Below, piece after piece: positions 8,561 through 16,600 of a stretch of DNA of 18,425 bases. Under the pieces are notes generated by a model. It was not told where the DNA came from. It was given only the letters and a program-made list of their open reading frames with translations, and did no database searches. The stretch covers positions 1-18,425 of the forward strand of contig JBHLKY010000010.1 of NCBI GenBank assembly GCA_048886185.1, given 5' to 3'. Positions within the stretch are counted from its first letter, which is position 1. Every line of letters starts with the position of its first letter. The position numbers and the translations under genes were made by a program. Origin of the DNA: Candidatus Hermodarchaeota archaeon. Lineage in GTDB: Archaea > Asgardarchaeota > Heimdallarchaeia > Hodarchaeales > Hodarchaeaceae.

Positions 8561-9496
8561 ATGTCACAATTTGTCACAGAAGAAGTTGAGGATCAAGTTC
8601 GTAGTTCTCGAATCGCTAAGCATGTTGTTATGCGATCCATCTTAAAGGAACACATGAAAGATGCAGACGAGAGCAGTTTGAATAATCTTTTGATGAGAAT
8701 ATACCAATTATTTTATGATTCTTCAATGGTTGATGCGTTATTCTCGGATATCCAAGATAGAGAAAAGCAAAAGCAAGAGCTTCAAGAAATGGATCTTGAA
8801 GATATTGCTAGTATGGCTTTTGGAGAAGTGGCTGGAAAAGCAGGAACAGCAGAATCAGACTTCACTTCACTATTAGAGGCTGATAGTGCCACTTTTGAAA
8901 GTATGGTAGCCATCTCGGAAACTATACCTTACGAAGAAGTGTATAACGTACTGAAAAAAGCCAATATTGACGTTATTATTGATTTTTTTTCAGCACTTCA
9001 AGGATCAACTTCAAGTCTCTGGGAGACAACCATTGAATTTACCGAGGTTGATAAAAAGCACATCATGGATGTTTTTTCGCTATTTGTTGAAAAACAAATT
9101 GAAGGTGTATCTTTGGATGAGAGAATTCTTGGTAGCGATTTGGGGTCTTCTGTGCTTAATATTGAAGTGGCGAATAAACCTTTTTCCATTTTCATTTATA
9201 CTCCTGCTAAATGGCTAGATAAAGGACAAATGCATCGCTTATCCCTAGGGCTTATGATTCAAGATGAATGGGCAAAATATGTCTCGATTATGTCTACACA
9301 CATATCCCAAAAGCTTAATGAGATCACAAAGTCAATTTTGGGAACTGTAGGTGAAGATTTATCTAATATTCCATTTCGTCTAGTTGATCTGACAATTCGT
9401 AAAAGGTTAAAAACTCAGATAAAAGGATTAGCTGAATATGTTGCACGATGTTCTCTAGCTTTAGAACAAATTCAATCTTCAACTCATGATCTTTAA
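8561..9496 (+). CDS. Hypothetical protein: acidic helical N-terminus plus a probable divergent uDENN/longin-like C-terminal domain (aa ~135-305)
   Basis: Clean 311-aa ORF. The C-terminal half aligns by eye, in order, to the giant protein's tail: NIDVIIDFFSALQGST vs TIGVIVSFFDQRHGPI; FSIFIYTPAKWLDKGQMHRLSLGLMIQDEW vs MSFGFALERPEARGGQENLTCNIVIHQDL; VSIMSTHISQKLNEI vs VQSFQKEIQQKVHTL. Confidence 0.7.
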   Translation: MSQFVTEEVEDQVRSSRIAKHVVMRSILKEHMKDADESSLNNLLMRIYQLFYDSSMVDALFSDIQDREKQKQELQEMDLEDIASMAFGEVAGKAGTAESDFTSLLEADSATFESMVAISETIPYEEVYNVLKKANIDVIIDFFSALQGSTSSLWETTIEFTEVDKKHIMDVFSLFVEKQIEGVSLDERILGSDLGSSVLNIEVANKPFSIFIYTPAKWLDKGQMHRLSLGLMIQDEWAKYVSIMSTHISQKLNEITKSILGTVGEDLSNIPFRLVDLTIRKRLKTQIKGLAEYVARCSLALEQIQSSTHDL

Positions 9497-9515
9497 TCAC
9501 GAATTCAGAATATTT

Positions 9516-9530
9516 GAAAAGTTATATAAA
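9516..9530 (+). promoter_or_regulatory. Putative archaeal BRE + TATA box (gaaaag-TTATATAAA)
   Basis: Near-consensus BRE/TATA with the box starting 37 nt before ATG9559, consistent with a short-leader transcript for the 1141-aa gene and the tubulin-family gene. Confidence 0.55.
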
Positions 9531-9558
9531 TGTCTGGTTTGACGGGAAATGATTATTA

Positions 9559-12500
9559 ATGTCTTCAGGTAACTTAAACTTAATTTCAGAAATTCTTACA
9601 AAACTTCATCGGCTTATCTCAAAACCTGTTTGCGCACCAGAACTTACCAAGTACTCCAAACTTGTTCAACAATATTCCCAGCTGACAACAGAAATTGATA
9701 GCGCAGGTAGACTTGCAAAAAGGGGATTAAAAAAGCAGCAGGAACAGCTTCAATCAGATATGTCAAAATCTGAAGAAGTTTGCATGCAATGCATCTTTGA
9801 TGCTTTAGTTAGAGATCTAAAACCTATTCTTGAAAATCAAACCCAAGCTCTGTCTGCAGTTGCACCTCAAGCTGCAAGCTTGTTACGAGATATTAGGTTT
9901 CCACTAACTTCAGAAATAAGAGCAGTAATAACCTTTATTGAAGATGTAGAGAAAGTACAAGCCAACACAACAATCCAAACAAAAAATCTTTGCAAAGGTC
10001 TGCTCAATGATAATCAATCCAAGATCAACAATTACAAAAATCTCATTTCTTTAAATGAGAGGTCATTTCCACAAACAAAAAACTTAACTGAGGAAGCACT
10101 TAATTCTCTTTCAGTTTCAGATCTATTGAAATCATATTCTACTCTTAAAGAAGAGGAAAAATACATTAATCAACAACTAGCTACTTCAACTGACACTGTT
10201 CAGCAAAAACTTTTGCAATCAGTTCACGAACTTAGTTATTCTATACAAGAGGGAGCTAAAAGAAATATCATTCCAAATATTGAGGTGTATCAAGAAGTTA
10301 ATGAACTATCGTCCCAAATTGAGCAAGCTAAAACAATTGATGAGCTAAATCAACTAAATACTAAAGTTACACAATACACCGCTAAATATAGTGCGGCTAT
10401 AAAATCAGAGATAGCACGAGTAAGAACAACTGGAAATAATCTGATTACACAAATCCGTGGTCTTTTCCCAACTCTTTCTGACAAATGGATGCCCTCCCCT
10501 CCTGATGCGTTACCTTCAAAAGCATCCATAACTGCCTTAACGAGCTATTCTGATGATTTAAAAAAATGGGAGAAAAGTATTCTTAATGTAATAAGGAAAA
10601 TTTGCTCTGTTGAGGAGTTGAAGCAAGTTACTGAAGCTTCCCTTCAGGAGGGGCTCAGTATCCCGAATACTCTCATAGCTAATGCTACGGAAGTTGCTAA
10701 TCAAGTCCAGAAAGAAACTATTACAATTGAAGAAGCCTTCAAAAGACTAGAGAATTTTCACCTTTATTATACTGAGTTTCTTAATATCCTACGCGATAAT
10801 ATTTCCAACAATTTAAGCTTAGATGTTACTGACTCTGACTCAAGTGCGTTAATCTCGCTCAAACCTCCTATCGTTAATATCCAATCAGATAGTCCTTCAG
10901 AGCTAATAAGCTATATTCGGGCTGTTAATATTTGGAAAAACAAGTTGGTTAATGTTTTACAAGAGACCAGACACGATATAAATGATACTATAGCAACTGT
11001 CAATCAATTAGAAAGAAAAGGGATTAACAGTTTTCCTCCTAATTTTCAGGCTGAACTCACAGCTCTTTATGAAAAAATGGCATTGGAAACTGAAGTACAT
11101 ACTCTTTTACTGTACCGTCGATCATATGACCGCTTATATAAACAATTTGTGACATTAACAGCTGCTTATATCAAAGACTTCTTGAAAAATGTCACTGTGA
11201 TTCAATTGCTCGAATCAGAATCAAATATTTCTCGTCCTCCTTTTGTTGAAGATGCAGGAGAATTAGATCTCTCTGAACTACTTAATAGAATTGAATCTGT
11301 TGAGGAATGGAAACGAAAAGCTCTTTCTTTCCTCAAGAATAAAATTGAAGGATTAAGTTTTCCACTAATACCTGGGGAAGTCCCAGTTGATCTAAGGAAA
11401 GAAAAAAGCACTCTATTAACTCAATTGACAGGAACTGCAGCTACTCGTAATTTTATCTCAACAATTCAAAGTTACTTCAAATTCATGAAAACAATGTCTT
11501 CTTCTAAGAACTTAATGATCGAGGAGACATTGAAACAAATTGAAATATCCGAGAAAATCGATCAATCCTCCATTCAATACTTTAAATCAGTAATTGGCCA
11601 AGCCCCTATTTTTGAGATCCCTAAAGACATTGAAGCTTTGGATTATTCTGAGCTCTTAGAATTGTGGTTCCGTTTAAATACGTATAATAGAAAGAAAACT
11701 GAACTTGTTCAGCTTAAATGTCGTGAACTTCTATCAGGTTGGTTGAAACAATATAAATCCCTACCAGATCATTATTTGAATATTTTTAATCCACTATTCT
11801 TGATAATTGAGCAAGCTTTGTCTGAGTTAAATCAGACCTTAGAGGCTGAGGAAACATTAAAGAAGTATGAATTCTTCTTAAATGGTGCAACCAGTAAAGC
11901 ACAAGAAGGCCTCGAGAAATTAAAAGCGTATTTCTATAATAAAGTGACCGTTAGTTTACCACGAATCACAGAAGTAATGGGAGAGGTTTCTCCAGAAATT
12001 CTTAAAGTCTATAATTTTTTAGAGGGTACAATTTCAACAAAAGATCAGACACTTGAATCAATACATCGATTAATTATTGAAACTATACATGACTACGAAT
12101 ATATTTTGTTAGCGAAGCTTATGGAGCTTTTAAGCATTTCAAGCAAAAATTTACTCATGCAGATAGCCGAACTTCAAAATTATGGAGTAAATCTCCAAAG
12201 GTTAGTGGGAGAACAAATCGAAGTTTTTACACAGTTAGTTCAAGCAGATTCTTCTGATATGATGTCTATAGAAATGCTTACTCAATCGTTTGTTGAGTTA
12301 GATAAGATATTAAAAAATGAGCAACTCCAAAAATCATTATTTGAGATTATTAATAAAAATAATGAAGTTGCCAGTAGAATATTGGACTTTATTCAAGTTT
12401 TAGGCTGGAAAAACACACAAACCTTATTAATGCCTCATGTTGTAGCAATAAAGCAGGCAAAAGGAGCAATAACCTTTTGGTCGTTTGATCTAATAGCAAA

Positions 12501-12984
12501 GTCCACTATTGAGGTTATAAAAAGATCAAAAGAATTAATTCATGCTATTAGATCATTAGAACAAGAGAATTATGAAGCATTCCTTTCTGAATTAGAAACT
12601 GATTCAGCGATATCTTATTATAATAGCATTCATGAAGTTTTTAAATTTAAATTGGAAGAATGCTCCAAAGAGATTTTTCCACTCAATGAATTATACGCTG
12701 CAAGAGAAAAAATGAAATCATCAGAAGATCTAATAGAAATAAATGATTTATTAACAACTGTTTCAAAATTAAAGACACAATGGAAGCAGGAATGGTTACC
12801 AGTGATTTCAAAATGGCACAGTGTTCTCTTTTTATTCATTAGTGATTATACACCAGCGATGAACCATGAAGATAAGATAACATACCTAGCAAATGCTAAA
12901 CGAGAAATTGAAGAAGCGTATAATCATCCACCGATGGTTCAATATCTATCCTCGGCTGTTGAGCTTTATATAACAAGTAGGTAA
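9559..12984 (+). CDS. Large all-alpha helical-repeat (rod-like) protein of unknown function
   Basis: 1141-aa ORF rich in L/E/K/Q/S, with no TM helix and no Walker motif. A recurring unit of Pro linker plus S(E/D)L(L/I)..Y...L..W has W337, W459, W584 and Y709 spaced 122-125 aa apart. Confidence 0.85.
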   Translation: MSSGNLNLISEILTKLHRLISKPVCAPELTKYSKLVQQYSQLTTEIDSAGRLAKRGLKKQQEQLQSDMSKSEEVCMQCIFDALVRDLKPILENQTQALSAVAPQAASLLRDIRFPLTSEIRAVITFIEDVEKVQANTTIQTKNLCKGLLNDNQSKINNYKNLISLNERSFPQTKNLTEEALNSLSVSDLLKSYSTLKEEEKYINQQLATSTDTVQQKLLQSVHELSYSIQEGAKRNIIPNIEVYQEVNELSSQIEQAKTIDELNQLNTKVTQYTAKYSAAIKSEIARVRTTGNNLITQIRGLFPTLSDKWMPSPPDALPSKASITALTSYSDDLKKWEKSILNVIRKICSVEELKQVTEASLQEGLSIPNTLIANATEVANQVQKETITIEEAFKRLENFHLYYTEFLNILRDNISNNLSLDVTDSDSSALISLKPPIVNIQSDSPSELISYIRAVNIWKNKLVNVLQETRHDINDTIATVNQLERKGINSFPPNFQAELTALYEKMALETEVHTLLLYRRSYDRLYKQFVTLTAAYIKDFLKNVTVIQLLESESNISRPPFVEDAGELDLSELLNRIESVEEWKRKALSFLKNKIEGLSFPLIPGEVPVDLRKEKSTLLTQLTGTAATRNFISTIQSYFKFMKTMSSSKNLMIEETLKQIEISEKIDQSSIQYFKSVIGQAPIFEIPKDIEALDYSELLELWFRLNTYNRKKTELVQLKCRELLSGWLKQYKSLPDHYLNIFNPLFLIIEQALSELNQTLEAEETLKKYEFFLNGATSKAQEGLEKLKAYFYNKVTVSLPRITEVMGEVSPEILKVYNFLEGTISTKDQTLESIHRLIIETIHDYEYILLAKLMELLSISSKNLLMQIAELQNYGVNLQRLVGEQIEVFTQLVQADSSDMMSIEMLTQSFVELDKILKNEQLQKSLFEIINKNNEVASRILDFIQVLGWKNTQTLLMPHVVAIKQAKGAITFWSFDLIAKSTIEVIKRSKELIHAIRSLEQENYEAFLSELETDSAISYYNSIHEVFKFKLEECSKEIFPLNELYAAREKMKSSEDLIEINDLLTTVSKLKTQWKQEWLPVISKWHSVLFLFISDYTPAMNHEDKITYLANAKREIEEAYNHPPMVQYLSSAVELYITSR

Positions 12985-12995
12985 GGGGTCTTATT

Positions 12996-14330
12996 ATGGC
13001 AAAAGCAAGTAGAGAAGCAGATGTTTTCATAATTGGTATGGGTGAATGTGGGTCAAATCTAGTGGGTTCCTATATCCAAAAAAGTAAGAAACAAACAGGA
13101 TCATCTCGTATTCGTGAATATCTCATAATGAACACCGATAAAACAGATCTTACTAAAACTCGTTCAGAGTATTCAATTCCTAATCAAAACACATTGATTT
13201 ATTCAGATGAGGAAATAGGTGTGGGAGGTAAGTTTAAAGAGGGGTATGATCTTGTTATGAAAAATCAGGATCTCATCCTTAACCAACTGAAAGGATTGGG
13301 ATATGAGGGAGTCTCTGGCTTCATAATTTTGACTAGTCTTGGTGGTGGTACTGGTTGTGGTGGTACTCCAGCGCTTGTAGAACTTCTTCATAAGCGATTT
13401 TCAGAAGAACGACGGATATTCATCTATGTATTTGGTGTTTTACCATTTGAAAATCAATCATCAGAGGCAATTAACTCCATTTGGTCATTGTCGACCTTGT
13501 TAAGAAATCAATTAGAACCAAACAAAGGGCCGAACTTAATCTTTTTATTGTCTAATAAAACTATGTTAAAAAGAGTAATGGGTTGGAGGGAAGGGCGTGC
13601 AAGTGCATTATTGGATCAATCCCTAGGAATTGATTCTGCTGACCTAGCTTCAGGTGAGGAGCAGCAACGAATGGAAACAGAGGTAGAATTTACTCAATTA
13701 GTAAATCCGTTAGCTTTACAAACAATAGAAGCAATTCTTTCTCCAAGCATTCAAGAACCAGGTAAGAAAGTCATGCCAACGACTGATTTAGCAGATTATT
13801 CAAGAAGACTAGATCCAGTTGTAGTTCCTTGTTATTTTGAAGATATGTACTTTCTACCTGAATATGGGAGGATAGAAAAACAAATGGCTCTGGCAGCAAG
13901 ATATGCTGTTAATCACTGTTCATTGACTGATATTGAAACAAAACCCATGGCAGGTTCTGTTTATTCCATTTTTACTGGAAACAGGGACATTGCTAAACTA
14001 GAGTATTCAGCTCATCTAAAAAAGATTCTCGCACCATATCTTGTAAAAGGTGGATCAATCCAACCGTCTTTTGTAGCTTATGACGATCCGAGTATAGAAA
14101 GGTCTTCTATTCTCTTACTTTTTGGTTTACCTCTTATCCCGGAATTACGTGATGTATATAATGACGCTACTAATTTGATAGCATATCATGATGACTCAAA
14201 ATCAACGATTAAACGCGGTTGGTTTGAAAGATCGAAGGGAGTGGGTCGGGATCAACTACAAATAGCAATGGATGATATTATGAATCTTTTTGGCAAGTAT
14301 ATGGTCATTAATGAGGCCAATAACCAGTAA
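12996..14330 (+). CDS. Divergent tubulin/FtsZ-superfamily GTPase
   Basis: T1 IGMGECGSNL; NTD; T3 GVGG; signature GFIILTSLGGGTGCGG (aa 108-123); VLPF; T6 LSN; H7 LVN; T7 TDLAD. SD-like GGGGT at 12985-12989; starts 11 bp after the upstream stop. Confidence 0.92.
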   Translation: MAKASREADVFIIGMGECGSNLVGSYIQKSKKQTGSSRIREYLIMNTDKTDLTKTRSEYSIPNQNTLIYSDEEIGVGGKFKEGYDLVMKNQDLILNQLKGLGYEGVSGFIILTSLGGGTGCGGTPALVELLHKRFSEERRIFIYVFGVLPFENQSSEAINSIWSLSTLLRNQLEPNKGPNLIFLLSNKTMLKRVMGWREGRASALLDQSLGIDSADLASGEEQQRMETEVEFTQLVNPLALQTIEAILSPSIQEPGKKVMPTTDLADYSRRLDPVVVPCYFEDMYFLPEYGRIEKQMALAARYAVNHCSLTDIETKPMAGSVYSIFTGNRDIAKLEYSAHLKKILAPYLVKGGSIQPSFVAYDDPSIERSSILLLFGLPLIPELRDVYNDATNLIAYHDDSKSTIKRGWFERSKGVGRDQLQIAMDDIMNLFGKYMVINEANNQ

Positions 14331-14377
14331 AAACTGATCTTATGTGAATATTCTTCCCTAATTGTAAGAACTTATAG

Positions 14378-16600
14378 TTATAATTTCTCTAAAAGTTCTA
14401 AGTAACTTCTTAGCTTTTCCGATGTCTCATCTTTTTGTTTTTCTTGAACAAGTTTTAATTCATGGGTGGGTTGGATTTCTTCTGATTTTGCTGGGATTAC
14501 TGCTTCTGTTGATTCGACATGGTTTTTTATAGCTGCATGAATAATGCGGCTAGCAAAATCAACTGCCCCTTCTGACTCGATGGGGATTTGCATTGCTTCT
14601 TTTAACAATTTTCTAATCTGAAAGATATTGATGGAATCTACGACATTCACCTGGCCAATGGGAAAACCTCGCTGGCTGAAATTTAATAGGATACCTCTCT
14701 TTCCCTTTCCTACTGTAAATGCAACTTTTTCACTATCAGGGATTAGAATGTAATTTCCTTCTACTTCAATTTCCATTGGAATAATGAAATCAATGGTTTC
14801 TGCTAGATATCCCTCCTCTTTGCGTACTTTCTTAGTTCTTACCTCAGAGGTGGAGCTTAGATCCTTTTCACGAATTTGTTGGATCGTCTCGTGAATCATT
14901 CTCGCAGCAAAGTTCATAGAGCCAATTCCATCCTCGAAAATACCCAAACCTGTCAAATTCATCTCATAGGCTAACAGGTAAAGGATTTCTTCACTTGAGA
15001 TCCTAGAAGAAACAATTGAACTACCAATAAGCTCTCGTTGGCCAGCAGGCCCTTGCAAATGAAGAGTTAAACGAGCATTTAACCCTTCTGGTTGAATTAT
15101 TTCTACTTTAAAGCCCATTCCATGAGTATCTGGTAAAGAAATAATACCCTCAACACTTTCAGTTTCAACTGGAATATCAATTTTTGTAAGTTCAGGATGT
15201 CCCTTTATTTTAATCTTTTTCTTCTTTTTTTCCTTCACTTCTGAGATTAAATATTTTTTGACTATGTCATTAATAGTCATTTCGGGTTTTTCAGTAATAT
15301 ATACAAGGCACTTGATAATATCTGTTTCCTTTAATTCCCCTTTTAGGTAAACATGAAATAATTCTAGCAATCTCTCTCGTGTTAATAGATTATATTTCTC
15401 CATGCCTTGTGATTTTTTAATAAAGGGTAAATATTTGAGGAGAACATCAGTGACGAGTGGTATTGGAATCCCTGAGGTAACTGCCATTTCAAATACATCA
15501 GAATACCCAGTATTGACAATTTCCATTGCCTCATTAGTTCCTATGCGGAAAAAGTCAACTAAATGGCTGATTTGTGGATTAATTTCTGTTGTTTCCTGAT
15601 TCAAGATTTGTTCTTCTTGAGTTTTGGGTGCAAATTGAGAGCTCACAGTTGGAATAGGTTTTTCCTCTGTCTGGACAGAATGAGAATGGATTTCTGTTTG
15701 TGAAGAAGGGGGTGTTTGTTCCATTATTGAGGATAAAAATGTTTCAGTAGAAGATTCTTCTGATGCAGCATTTCCAAGATATGCAGATCTTGGAGAAAAT
15801 TGAGTAGTGGTGCCATCTGCTGAAACCTCTGTTTTTACAGCTTGCCGTATCAAAAATTGTAATTTCTCTAATACTGCTGGATCACCAGCTATTTTGGGAG
15901 TGGAATATTCATGTTCTTGAACTGCTTCAACCTCAAGTCTTGGTTCTCGTATTGTCATACCTTTTTCATGATATTCTTCAATTTCACCGATTGTCCGAAA
16001 ATCAACAAACTCACTTTTTGCTATTTGGGGAATAGTAAGCTCAAAAATGCGTCCAAAACTATCTATAACCGTTTCTGGTTTGTAAATTGTTGTCCTAAAA
16101 AATCTAAGTTTATGAGGATATTCCAACTGAAATTGTTCTTTTAATTGTTCATGAATACTTTCATAGTTAGGTGAATCTCTTACTAAATCGTTTTTATGTA
16201 GGAAAACGAAGACTTCAGCGTTGGGAGAAAAAGTTGTGAGCTTTTCAAGACAGGCCGTAAAATATTGAATGGCATTATTTCTAGAAGTTTTATTTGCTAC
16301 ATCAATTAGAAAAATAAATGTTTTTACGCTACTGAATACAAATGGGCTAAATCCACTTAAGAAGCGTTTTAAAAATATCTTCTGTCCACCAAGATCTACG
16401 ATCGTAATCGGTGTATCATGGATCGTGAGTGACATCCTTTCATAATTGATTGTAGCTGAAAGACTGTCAACATCTTCTGTTTGCTGTTTGAGAAAGAAAA
16501 TTCTCTTGACTGCAGTCTTTCCAGCTTCACTTAAGCCAGCAATTAAGATTTTATAACCAAGTCGAGTGGTTATTTCAGATTCAGATACCCAATCAGACAT
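14378..16600 (-). CDS. RagA/Gtr1-like small GTPase (aa ~14-190) fused to a low-complexity linker, a helical domain and a tandem duplicated alpha/beta domain
   Basis: G1 GLSEAGKT, G2 SATINYE, G3 DLGGQ, Rag-type G4 LHKNDL and G5 RTTIY. FSPNAEVFVFLHKNDLV closely parallels RagA NSPDAKIFCLVHKMDLV (recalled). Confidence 0.9.
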   Translation of the reverse strand: MSDWVSESEITTRLGYKILIAGLSEAGKTAVKRIFFLKQQTEDVDSLSATINYERMSLTIHDTPITIVDLGGQKIFLKRFLSGFSPFVFSSVKTFIFLIDVANKTSRNNAIQYFTACLEKLTTFSPNAEVFVFLHKNDLVRDSPNYESIHEQLKEQFQLEYPHKLRFFRTTIYKPETVIDSFGRIFELTIPQIAKSEFVDFRTIGEIEEYHEKGMTIREPRLEVEAVQEHEYSTPKIAGDPAVLEKLQFLIRQAVKTEVSADGTTTQFSPRSAYLGNAASEESSTETFLSSIMEQTPPSSQTEIHSHSVQTEEKPIPTVSSQFAPKTQEEQILNQETTEINPQISHLVDFFRIGTNEAMEIVNTGYSDVFEMAVTSGIPIPLVTDVLLKYLPFIKKSQGMEKYNLLTRERLLELFHVYLKGELKETDIIKCLVYITEKPEMTINDIVKKYLISEVKEKKKKKIKIKGHPELTKIDIPVETESVEGIISLPDTHGMGFKVEIIQPEGLNARLTLHLQGPAGQRELIGSSIVSSRISSEEILYLLAYEMNLTGLGIFEDGIGSMNFAARMIHETIQQIREKDLSSTSEVRTKKVRKEEGYLAETIDFIIPMEIEVEGNYILIPDSEKVAFTVGKGKRGILLNFSQRGFPIGQVNVVDSINIFQIRKLLKEAMQIPIESEGAVDFASRIIHAAIKNHVESTEAVIPAKSEEIQPTHELKLVQEKQKDETSEKLRSYLELLEKL

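Noticed and set aside
8983-8990. T8 homopolymer as a phase-variation site
   Set aside because: Short, in frame (D-F-F-S) and common in AT-rich DNA.
9559-12984. SMC, kinesin or dynamin-type motor
   Set aside because: No Walker A/B or other NTPase motif was found.
12996-14330. Assigning the symbol ftsZ, cetZ or tubA/tubB
   Set aside because: The motifs are a mosaic; a phylogeny is needed before naming.
14378-14430. ESCRT-III MIM1-like motif at the GTPase C-terminus
   Set aside because: SEKLRSYLELLEKL is amphipathic but lacks the LxxRLxxL(K/R) pattern.
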